From the sequence record NZ_CP145916.1: a DNA stretch of 64,000 nucleotides. One strand, given 5' to 3'. The position numbers and the translations under genes are program-made. The notes under the pieces are model-generated. The model was given only the letters and a program-made list of their open reading frames with translations. It did not search any database and was not told the origin of the DNA. Shown here piece after piece: positions 10,402-17,883 of the stretch. This stretch comes from a plasmid. Positions within the stretch are counted from its first letter, which is position 1. Each line of letters begins with the position of its first letter.

Positions 10402-10976
10402 AGAAAGCATCACGGCAGGTGTCTGCTCAGCTTGAGATTAGCAACAGATCTGTTCTTTCTCGCGTTGAGTATCTCGAATCGATTATTCACTCACCCGCCG
10501 AGCATCAAGAAAACATAACACTTTTGATCGCTTTGAAGAGCCAAAGTGGACTTGCAAAGCTGGCGGTTAGCGAAGCTTTTATTTCTCCTATGTCTCTCAA
10601 TACGCTTAAGAACAGAGCGAATGACATACTCCCTGGTGGGTTTACGACTATTGATCACCTGAGACGCCAGGCCGCAAAAGCTATTCACGATTCAACCGTA
10701 GTCAAGCCTTCATCGTCCTCTATAACCAAGCAGGACCTCAAAGATAAGATTAAGGCTCAGGAAAGGACCATCTCTCAGTTGTGGGATGAAATCGCACTGG
10801 TTACGAATGTTTTTAGAGAATCAGTAACACTCGCCCAACAGTTTGCCGAGAAATGCCCAGACCCGGCAGATCTGATCCTTTTCAAAAAGCGCCGTAGAGA
10901 GCTGCTTTTAATGTTCTCATTAAGCAAGCGGCCTCAGACGCCTTTACATGAGAGCCCGTCCAATGCCGAAGGATGA
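10398..10976 (+). CDS. Small accessory protein of the recombinase operon
   Basis: 192-aa ORF whose start and stop overlap the flanking recombinase genes (ATGA). Hydrophilic and probably helical. Confidence 0.5.
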   Translation: MKKASRQVSAQLEISNRSVLSRVEYLESIIHSPAEHQENITLLIALKSQSGLAKLAVSEAFISPMSLNTLKNRANDILPGGFTTIDHLRRQAAKAIHDSTVVKPSSSSITKQDLKDKIKAQERTISQLWDEIALVTNVFRESVTLAQQFAEKCPDPADLILFKKRRRELLLMFSLSKRPQTPLHESPSNAEG

Positions 10977-12369
10977 GAAACTCTATAATCTAACGAGCGA
11001 TGTTTTCCGATTACCTTACGGGGTTGATCGAAATAGCCACGTCCTCAGCGTCAGAGCTGATAACATTCCGCTTCTCTGTTGGCCCGATGGCAGGCCGTGC
11101 ACCGAGGCGAACCTATATATGCTGCACTGTTTTGAGCGTGGACTTTCCCGTAAGGAAGGCGGTGGGACACTTACTCAATATGCCAAGCTTCTTTCACACC
11201 TTATTCGCTTTTGCTTTAACAACAACTACTCATTCATAGGGTTGACTGATTCTCGCTTTTCACTATTCATCAGAACGCTCCAAGGAGAAATGGATCCACG
11301 AAAACCAGAGCAGAGAAAACGGAGAGCAGCCCATGTGGCAAACATAGGGAGAACCTGCCTCGGCTTTTTAGGATTCGTTGGAGAACTCTATCTAGAACCG
11401 TCGTTCGTCGGCGCCGCAGGAACGATCAGGGCTGAGACGAAGGAGTTCAAGCTGGCTGGTCAGAGAAAGCAGATAGTCCATACCTATTGGCATCACCATT
11501 CCTTTCCTAACCCCGAGCCTCCAACACGGCGCTTACCTATCAATTCTACAAATATCGCAAAACTGATCGAAGTGATTCCGGATGTGAGCACGACGACCTA
11601 TCAGAGAAGACGGCGTTTCATTCTGGTCAAGCTTTTGGAGATTACTGGGGCAAGGCGAGTTGAGATCGCGAACATCAGAGTCGAAGACATCTATAACGCG
11701 AGGAAGATGAAGCAAGAGCCTGTTCTCAAGGTCTTCACCGCCAAGCGCTCGGGAGGAAGGGAAGAGTACAGATACTTGCCGGTTTCCAAAATGGACCTTG
11801 AATTGATCGTAAATTTCATCGAAAAGTTCCGACACCGGATCATTAAGAAGACCATCGGTAGCGCTAGTGACTTGGGCTATCTGCTGATTTCGGAAAGTAG
11901 TGGACTAAGGCTCGCTACCGAGACGCTGACGAATGAACTACTGCTGCTTGCCAAGGCTGCCAAGATCGAAGAGCAAGCCTGCGCACACATGTTCCGGCAT
12001 AGATTCATTACCAAGCTTTTTGTGGCTTTGATTGAGCAACATGAATTCGAAAATGGGGACGATTTTCGGCGTGCTCTCCTGGATGGTGAGACCCTCAAGA
12101 GAAAGGTTCAAGAGTACACGGGGCATACTTCGATCAGTAGTCTTGAACCGTATATTCACTTGGCTTTCGAGGAAGTGGCGAGGTTTGGAAGTACCTTAGA
12201 CCTGATTAAAGCAAAGCTTGCCGTTGAATCGCTACGGTCCAATCTCAAGGACATTGCTATCGAACTCAGACACGGCAGGAGTCCTACTGAATTGAGCGCC
12301 CTCCTCCGCGACTATATCGACTTGGCGCTGGAGGAACTCAGTAGCGCCTCAATTTCTACAGAGAGCTGA
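10948..12369 (+). CDS. Tyrosine recombinase (phage-integrase family), 473 aa
   Basis: Box I GARRVEIANIRVEDI, HxxR in HMFRHRFIT, and the nucleophile Tyr in GHTSISSLEPYIHLA. Confidence 0.75.
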   Translation: MRARPMPKDEKLYNLTSDVFRLPYGVDRNSHVLSVRADNIPLLCWPDGRPCTEANLYMLHCFERGLSRKEGGGTLTQYAKLLSHLIRFCFNNNYSFIGLTDSRFSLFIRTLQGEMDPRKPEQRKRRAAHVANIGRTCLGFLGFVGELYLEPSFVGAAGTIRAETKEFKLAGQRKQIVHTYWHHHSFPNPEPPTRRLPINSTNIAKLIEVIPDVSTTTYQRRRRFILVKLLEITGARRVEIANIRVEDIYNARKMKQEPVLKVFTAKRSGGREEYRYLPVSKMDLELIVNFIEKFRHRIIKKTIGSASDLGYLLISESSGLRLATETLTNELLLLAKAAKIEEQACAHMFRHRFITKLFVALIEQHEFENGDDFRRALLDGETLKRKVQEYTGHTSISSLEPYIHLAFEEVARFGSTLDLIKAKLAVESLRSNLKDIAIELRHGRSPTELSALLRDYIDLALEELSSASISTES

Positions 12370-12375
12370 CAAGAT

Positions 12376-12753
12376 ATGGGCAGAATGAGTTCATATGGGA
12401 ATCCTGCTGCTGGGTGGGAAGAGGCTGAACTTAATCTTCATACGCTGGTGGTTACTCATCCAGCCAGCACGTACTTCTTGCGCGTGACAGGTGACTCCAT
12501 GCAGGATGCTCGGATACATTCTGGTGACGTGCTGGTGGTTGATCGCTCAGAAACTCCAGAGCAGGGTAGTATTGTTGTTGCCAGCATCGACAACGAATTT
12601 ACAGTCAAGAAACTCATCTTGCGGCCACGTTCATGCCTTATGCCGATGAACCCGGCATACCCACCTATCTATTTTGACCCTGAAAGTAACGACGTTGAAA
12701 TTTGGGGTGTGGTGACTTACTCATTAATGAAGCACAAAAAATGTATGGCCTGA
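12376..12753 (+). CDS. umuD: UmuD/MucA-like 3' portion, re-started by element-derived sequence (UmuD'-like truncated product)
   Basis: …HPASTYFLRVTGDSMQDARIHSGDVLVVDRS…EFTVKKL… (S24 peptidase Ser-Lys dyad). It lacks the N-terminus, which lies at 4117-4209. The new Met sits 6 nt after the recombinase stop. Confidence 0.8.
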   Translation: MGRMSSYGNPAAGWEEAELNLHTLVVTHPASTYFLRVTGDSMQDARIHSGDVLVVDRSETPEQGSIVVASIDNEFTVKKLILRPRSCLMPMNPAYPPIYFDPESNDVEIWGVVTYSLMKHKKCMA

Positions 12754-14006
12754 TCGACATTAATTCCTGCTACTGTGCCTGCGAGCAAGCATTCAGGCCC
12801 GATCTTGCTGGTAAACCCGTAGTAGTTTTGTCAAACAATGATGCCAGCTGCATAGCCCGTAACAAGCAGGCGAAAGCCCTTGGTATAAAAATGGGCGAGC
12901 CATTCTTTAAAATCAAAGATCTCATAGAACGGAACAATGTCGCTGTTTTCAGTTCAAACTATGCCCTTTATTCCGCATTTAGTTCCCGGTTTGCATCTGT
13001 TATAGAGTCACTGACTCCGCGTAGCTCAGTGTATTCAATCGATGAACTTTGGTTTGATGCCACGAATATCACTGGTTTAATGACTCTTGATGCCTATGGC
13101 CGCATGTTGCGAGAAGAGGTACAGCGTCAGACAACGCTTACTTGTGGTGTTGGGATAGCACCGACAAAAACACTCGCGAAATTGTGTTCTCATGCTTCAA
13201 AAACCTATCCGGCAACTGGCGGAGTTGTCGCGCTTGATGATGTTACCCGTTTAGAAAAGCTGATGCGGCTTGTGCCCGTTGAAGACGTGTGGGGTGTTGG
13301 CCCACGGCTGGGTAAAAGGCTTCGGTTTATGGGAGTGGAAACCGCGTTTCAACTATCCTGCCTTGATCCTGTTCGGGTACGAAAGCAGTTCAATGTTGTC
13401 CTTGAGCGTACCGTCAGGGAACTCCGGGGGGAGCCTTGCATGGCGCTTGACGAAAATGATGTGATGAAACAGCAAATAGTCGTTTCCCGCTCCTTCGGTG
13501 AGCGAGTCACCAACCTTCATGAAATGCAGCAAGCCATAACCGATTATGCGGCTCGCGCTGCCGAAAAACTCCGGCAAGAAAAAGGGTATGTCTCTGTAAT
13601 TGGTGTTTTTATACGCACCAGCCCCTACGCAGTAAATGATGTACCTTATTCCAATCAGGCTACTGAAATGCTGGTGACTCCCTCCAACGACAGCAGGGAT
13701 ATTATTAATGCTGCACAACGCGCATTAAAACGGATCTGGAGGCCAGAAGTCCGTTATGCTAAAGCAGGTGTGATGCTTTGTGATATTCGCGAGCGTGAGC
13801 CTCAACTTGATTTGTTCACTGAATCGGCCCAGTACCGCAACAGTGAAAATCTCATGCAATTACTGGATACTCTCAACAAGCAGGGTAGACACAATTTGTT
13901 TTTTGCCGGACAAGGTATAAACCCCGTTTTCGCAATGAAGAGAAATATGCTATCCCCTGCATATTTGACTAGCTGGGATGATTTACCAAAGGTTAGGTTA
14001 GGATAA
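12741..14006 (+). CDS. umuC: Y-family DNA polymerase V catalytic subunit UmuC/MucB-like
   Basis: MYGLIDINSCYCACEQ… start typical of UmuC. Overlaps the umuD stop. ~420 aa. Confidence 0.85.
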   Translation: MYGLIDINSCYCACEQAFRPDLAGKPVVVLSNNDASCIARNKQAKALGIKMGEPFFKIKDLIERNNVAVFSSNYALYSAFSSRFASVIESLTPRSSVYSIDELWFDATNITGLMTLDAYGRMLREEVQRQTTLTCGVGIAPTKTLAKLCSHASKTYPATGGVVALDDVTRLEKLMRLVPVEDVWGVGPRLGKRLRFMGVETAFQLSCLDPVRVRKQFNVVLERTVRELRGEPCMALDENDVMKQQIVVSRSFGERVTNLHEMQQAITDYAARAAEKLRQEKGYVSVIGVFIRTSPYAVNDVPYSNQATEMLVTPSNDSRDIINAAQRALKRIWRPEVRYAKAGVMLCDIREREPQLDLFTESAQYRNSENLMQLLDTLNKQGRHNLFFAGQGINPVFAMKRNMLSPAYLTSWDDLPKVRLG

Positions 14007-14247
14007 GCCCACTAACCATCAAAAAGACATAATTTTTCCTTGGTGTTTCACTTCGCCCCCCTCACTCGTCCGGCAGCGCAATTTGGTTCTCAAGGTTACG
14101 TGTTCAAAAACAGCTATAAGATTATGGTCACGCGCTGTAAGCCATGCCAGAACTAAATAAATTGGATTTTTTCGTAATGAAAATATAGCGACGAACGTTG
14201 CAAAACTGTTTTATTGCTACAATTCCCCTTGTTGGCTAAAATACATA

Positions 14248-14263
14248 CTGTATAAACTGACAG
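14248..14263 (+). promoter_or_regulatory. LexA box CTGTATAAACTGACAG
   Basis: CTGT-N8-ACAG motif 12 bp upstream of the tus-like ATG. Confidence 0.6.
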
Positions 14264-14274
14264 GGGTATCCGCT

Positions 14275-15159
14275 ATGGATTTAAAAAAAACATTTGAACA
14301 GCTTACGGACGATTTACTCGCCCTGAAAATGCTGATCAGCGGTAGCTCGCCTCTGTTTTCCCAAGTCTCCGACATTCCGCCCGTCCTGCGGGGGGATGAG
14401 CATTTACCCATTTCGTATGTTGCCCCTGATCACCTGTACGGCCATGAGGCCATTCAGAAGGCGGTTGATATCTGGAGTGACCTGCACATCAAGCATGATT
14501 TTTCCCAGAAGTCTGCACGTCGTGCATCCGGTGTTCTGTGGTTTCCATCAGAAGATAATGCGTTTACGGTCGAGCTCGTTCGCCTGCTGAGCCAAATCAA
14601 TGCCCTGAAAAAGAGTATTGAGACTCACATCATTACGACCTACCAGACACGTAGCGCACGATTTGAAGCCCTGCATAATCAATGTGCCGGGGTGCTGACT
14701 TTACATCTTTACCGTCAGATCCGCTGGTGGAAGGATGAGCATATATCAGCCGTGAGATTTAGCTGGCAAGAAAAGGAGTCTTTGCTCATTCCTGACAAAG
14801 CTGAGTTACTCGTGCGTATGAGCAAGGAAGGTAGGGAGGATGGGAAAAAAGAGGTGCCGCTTGCGTTGCTGATGAAGCAGATCGTTTCCGTACCGGAAGA
14901 ACGACTGCGTATAAGGCGTCGTCTCAAGGTTCAGCCATCGGCTAACATTTCGTTCCGTAGCGAGCAACACCCGACTGGGAAGCTGACAATGGTCACGGCT
15001 CCGATGCCCTTCATTATTATTCAGAATGAACGGCCAGAGGTGAAAATGCTCAAAATCTATGATGCGAATGAGCGAATCAGCCGTAAGCGACGTAACGACA
15101 AAGTGCATACGGAAATCCTCGGTACGTTTCATGGCGAAAGTATCGAAGTGATTGCCTGA
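14275..15159 (+). CDS. tus: Tus-like replication terminus-binding protein
   Basis: Colinear similarity to E. coli Tus (EDEH(N/L)P; VLTLHLYR ~ LITLNAYR; RLKVQPSA ~ PVKVQPIA; APMPFIIIQNE ~ PTPLIALINRD). Confidence 0.65.
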   Translation: MDLKKTFEQLTDDLLALKMLISGSSPLFSQVSDIPPVLRGDEHLPISYVAPDHLYGHEAIQKAVDIWSDLHIKHDFSQKSARRASGVLWFPSEDNAFTVELVRLLSQINALKKSIETHIITTYQTRSARFEALHNQCAGVLTLHLYRQIRWWKDEHISAVRFSWQEKESLLIPDKAELLVRMSKEGREDGKKEVPLALLMKQIVSVPEERLRIRRRLKVQPSANISFRSEQHPTGKLTMVTAPMPFIIIQNERPEVKMLKIYDANERISRKRRNDKVHTEILGTFHGESIEVIA

Positions 15160-15195
15160 TAAGGTTTTTCTGGACATTATCCTTTGGTAGTATTA

Positions 15196-15211
15196 CTGTA
15201 TATGTATACAG
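15196..15211 (+). promoter_or_regulatory. LexA box TACTGTATATGTATACAGTA (perfect palindrome)
   Basis: Consensus SOS box 19 bp upstream of the dinI-like gene. Confidence 0.75.
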
Positions 15212-15229
15212 TAATTTACCGGGGGGTAT

Positions 15230-15463
15230 ATGTTACGTATAAATGTGTGTTTCGATGCCAGCAAGAAAGTGCCTGCTAAAATCCAGCAGGCATTACGAGC
15301 TGAGATAGAGAAAGAGATCTTGTCTAATTACGAACGTGGTGTGGTAAGTGTGGGGAAGGGAAGCAGCGCAGAAGTGTCGATCAGTGGCGTTGATGATGAT
15401 GAAAAAAAAGTAATAATGCAGAAGCTTGAAGACATCTGGCAAAGTGACAGCTGGTTGCCTTGA
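15230..15463 (+). CDS. dinI: DinI-like SOS protein
   Basis: 77 aa. Aligns with DinI (…VSV…KEDKQ…EILQETWES.DDWF ~ VVSVGKGS…DDDEKKVIMQKLEDIWQSDSWLP). Preceded by a LexA box. Confidence 0.65.
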   Translation: MLRINVCFDASKKVPAKIQQALRAEIEKEILSNYERGVVSVGKGSSAEVSISGVDDDEKKVIMQKLEDIWQSDSWLP

Positions 15464-15485
15464 TCGTTTTATTTTTTGCATGTGA

Positions 15486-15511
15486 ACTGGGCTTCTGGCC
15501 CAGTTTTTTTT
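15486..15511 (+). terminator. Rho-independent terminator (CTGGGCTTCTGGCCCAG plus T9)
   Basis: GC-rich hairpin followed by a T-run after the dinI-like gene. Confidence 0.6.
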
Positions 15512-15531
15512 TGCCCTAAATCTGCACGATA

Positions 15532-15541
15532 GCTATTCGAC
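15532..15541 (+). promoter_or_regulatory. CTATTCGACC promoter-like motif, copy 1
   Basis: Conserved 10-mer followed ~13 nt later by GTGTG, then an ORF start. Confidence 0.45.
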
Positions 15542-15649
15542 CCTCATCCTGAGTGTGTGACCATATTGGACTTACAGATAGGGCTGGCTGTCACGCCCAC
15601 CAGCGGAACCTCATCATTTATCACCATTTCATTAAGTAAAGGAGGTTAT

Positions 15650-16000
15650 ATGAAAAACGATTTCTCTCTCAACATGGGTAGTAAAATGGATGCCATTTTC
15701 AACCAGATGTTTTCAGCGCCAAACTCTTCTTTTCAAAACGCGCCTGCCGCTGGTGGCACGAATGCACGACGCAAAAAAAAGGACATTATCCGCCTGACTG
15801 TTCGCTCCAAAACCGGAGGAACCAACCTTGTTACCATAGCCAAAGATACGCCAGTATTCACGCCCAAACAGGTTAGTGATCTGGCTATTGGCGAACATGG
15901 CCATCTCGACATTTTCATCATCGACTATGGTACTCATCGCACCTTAAATACGAAAAACATCCAGCATGAATCCCCGCTTGAACGGGAAATAATTCAATAA
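15650..16000 (+). CDS. hypothetical protein
   Basis: ATG preceded by the SD ggagg. The ORF track's 15557 start is probably too long. Confidence 0.45.
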   Translation: MKNDFSLNMGSKMDAIFNQMFSAPNSSFQNAPAAGGTNARRKKKDIIRLTVRSKTGGTNLVTIAKDTPVFTPKQVSDLAIGEHGHLDIFIIDYGTHRTLNTKNIQHESPLEREIIQ

Positions 16001-16030
16001 AACTGCTTGATGTAATTGATATTTTCTAAG

Positions 16031-16053
16031 CTGCCTTTGGGCAGTTTTTTTTT
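16031..16053 (+). terminator. Rho-independent terminator (CTGCCTTTGGGCAG plus T9)
   Basis: Hairpin plus T-run. Confidence 0.55.
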
Positions 16054-16072
16054 CAATTTTTTCTCTGCTTTG

Positions 16073-16082
16073 CTATTCGACC
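16073..16082 (+). promoter_or_regulatory. CTATTCGACC promoter-like motif, copy 2
   Basis: Same motif and downstream GTGTGCC. It precedes the 16107 ORF. Confidence 0.45.
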
Positions 16083-16106
16083 CCCTGATCAGGTGTGCCA
16101 ATCTAA

Positions 16107-16469
16107 TTGAAAGACAATCAACACATGAGACAGAAAATGACAGGGACTAATGATTCTAACTATCAGCCAGATGAGCTAAAGGCTATTGCATCGTTTGACG
16201 CACTTGGCATCTTTGCGACGCTAAACAAACTGACTGCATTAAGTAACGTCGCACAAGCTCGCCTCGCGGAGTGTTTCGCACAAAACGACTCTATTCCTAG
16301 TGGATTCACTGCCCTCGATTTTCTTACTCCAGAAGAGCGGGAAGAACATCACATCCTGCGCCTGTCTCTTGCGATCTGCGTCGATGAACAGAGTGAAGCA
16401 AATAAGCGCGTGAATGCGCGTCTGAAAGCCCGACATGAGGAATATAAGGCAAAACGGGGTGCCGTATAG
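16107..16469 (+). CDS. hypothetical protein
   Basis: 120-aa ORF. The true start may be an internal Met (16126 or 16136). Confidence 0.4.
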   Translation: MKDNQHMRQKMTGTNDSNYQPDELKAIASFDALGIFATLNKLTALSNVAQARLAECFAQNDSIPSGFTALDFLTPEEREEHHILRLSLAICVDEQSEANKRVNARLKARHEEYKAKRGAV

Positions 16470-16545
16470 AGAAAGCATCTTCTATCAGCAAGGAACGTCA
16501 GAAAAGGACTGAAACAGTGAAGTATCAGAAGAGGGGGGTATCCCT

Positions 16546-16809
16546 GTGAAAATAGGACAGCGACAACAATCAATTCTTTCCGCTATCTATAAGAATGGTG
16601 GGAAATTCTGGCCCAGTTGTGGAATTGTCTGGCTAAATTTCAGCACGACGAGAACTATTTTAGATTCTCTCGTAAAAAAACGACTCCTGACCGATAAAGG
16701 GAATTGTCGATACACAATCACGGAGAAAGGCAAAGAGCTCGGTGATCCTGACCGTTATTTCAAAGAACTTTTAAACAAACAGTTAAAGTCACGCAAGAGA
16801 AGCTCTTGA
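16546..16809 (+). CDS. Small putative winged-helix DNA-binding protein
   Basis: 87 aa, basic C-terminus, GTG start after a G-rich SD. Confidence 0.35.
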   Translation: MKIGQRQQSILSAIYKNGGKFWPSCGIVWLNFSTTRTILDSLVKKRLLTDKGNCRYTITEKGKELGDPDRYFKELLNKQLKSRKRSS

Positions 16810-16841
16810 GCTGACTTTGAAACCGTAATGATGGAGACAGA

Positions 16842-17030
16842 TTGATGATGAAAAGCATTATGCCCTCTCGCTCGGTAACGTCATTGTTGGCTCGTGAAGT
16901 ATCTCTTCTCGGGGAGAAAATGGGTGAGGCGATGACGCAATGTCGGAACAGCAAAGAAGAGGCTGCTCTTGAAGATGCGCTGCAAAATTTGGCCCGTGTT
17001 AAATCCACTCTGGACAAAGCCGTTAATTAA
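16842..17030 (+). CDS. small hypothetical protein
   Basis: 62-aa ORF. Confidence 0.3.
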   Translation: MMMKSIMPSRSVTSLLAREVSLLGEKMGEAMTQCRNSKEEAALEDALQNLARVKSTLDKAVN

Positions 17031-17066
17031 CGGCTTTACCTCATATTATTTTAAAGGATAGGTGTC

Positions 17067-17411
17067 GTGGAAAAGTTTCTGGAGTACGTAGGCGTCATGG
17101 AGCACCACTACGGAAGTGCTGTAGCTGCGCAGTTTATCAATGCCAATGCTGCCATTATTGCTGCTGATGATTCTGATGATGATTCCGAGTCATATTCGAC
17201 CCGTGTTGAAGAGATCACATCCCTATTGGATGCGGTCAATAAAGCTGGTGGTGTACCTGATCACAGGCTTGTTGTAGAGCGTGTTAGCCCGAACTCTACC
17301 CGCGTTATTTTGAATGGCCCTCATGGTATGGTCTGGCGTTGCTATGTATTTCAGGACGATTTTATGTTCTGCTTTACTCAAACGCTGGCAAGTGTTTTGC
17401 CTGCAAAATAA
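17067..17411 (+). CDS. hypothetical protein
   Basis: 114-aa ORF. Confidence 0.4.
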   Translation: MEKFLEYVGVMEHHYGSAVAAQFINANAAIIAADDSDDDSESYSTRVEEITSLLDAVNKAGGVPDHRLVVERVSPNSTRVILNGPHGMVWRCYVFQDDFMFCFTQTLASVLPAK

Positions 17412-17425
17412 TGAGAGGGGTATTA

Positions 17426-17761
17426 ATGTCACCGATAAAACTGTTTTTGGTCTGCCTGCTTGCTTTTAGCTCTGCGGCTATCGCGTCAGATAACGCCGGT
17501 GGGAAACCAGAAAAAAAAGCAGGAATTCCGCTCGATGTAAAACAGTACAGTGAAGTGGGTAAATTCGACGTGGCTAACCCCACATCACTGAGCGTGGTCA
17601 AGTTCAATGGTAAGACGTATGTCTTGTCTAAAATGCCTGATCGTCGCTTGTACGGCTTGGAGTTAAATGTGGATAAGCAAGGTAGGGAAGTTCTCTGCGG
17701 TAAGTTGGGGGCCAGCCTGAAAATGACGAACTGCTATTACATTTATTTTCGCGAAAAATAA
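17426..17761 (+). CDS. Secreted hypothetical protein (signal peptide)
   Basis: MSPIKLFLVCLLAFSSAAIASDN… N-terminal signal. SD gagagggg. Confidence 0.5.
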   Translation: MSPIKLFLVCLLAFSSAAIASDNAGGKPEKKAGIPLDVKQYSEVGKFDVANPTSLSVVKFNGKTYVLSKMPDRRLYGLELNVDKQGREVLCGKLGASLKMTNCYYIYFREK

Positions 17762-17828
17762 CTGGCCCTGAAAGTGTTCAACGAATAACTATACGTGACA
17801 CTGTAACGTTTATTAAAAGCCGGTTTGA

Positions 17829-17838
17829 CTATTCGACC
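17829..17838 (+). promoter_or_regulatory. CTATTCGACC promoter-like motif, copy 3
   Basis: Motif plus GTGCCGTG and a taatact -10-like element. It precedes the 17884 ORF. Confidence 0.45.
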
Positions 17839-17883
17839 TCATTGGGTGCCGTGTAATACTTTTATTTTAGCCACAAAGCAGGA

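Larger units (their letters stand above)
4210..12408 (+). mobile_element. Putative novel ~8.2-kb integrative element (bla cargo plus tyrosine-recombinase trio) inserted in umuD
   Basis: It splits umuD. Removing 4210-12408 reconstitutes …GFPSPA|AGWEEAELNLH…, a MucA-length ORF. The ends carry an imperfect inverted repeat with a TTCCCATAT core (left: cttTTCCCATATtg; right: caTATGGGAAtcctgct). No target-site duplication is evident. Confidence 0.7.

Noticed and set aside
5925-12369. Classifying the recombinase cluster as a canonical RIT (recombinase-in-trio) element or as Tn554
   Set aside because: RIT recombinases are about 300-400 aa each without an intervening small gene. Tn554 has two recombinases plus TnpC. 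Here the sizes (786, 707, 473 aa), the extra 192-aa gene and the order differ. Treated as related in architecture only.
12702-12743. ORF-track start of umuC at 12702 (MGCGDLLINEAQK…)
   Set aside because: UmuC homologs begin at the MYGLIDINSCY motif. The ATG at 12741 overlaps the umuD stop in the classic umuDC arrangement.
12376-12753. Calling the 125-aa ORF an intact umuD
   Set aside because: It lacks the N-terminal about 30 residues including the Cys/Ala-Gly cleavage site. Those residues are encoded 8.2 kb upstream at 4117-4209. It is the 3' part of a gene split by insertion.
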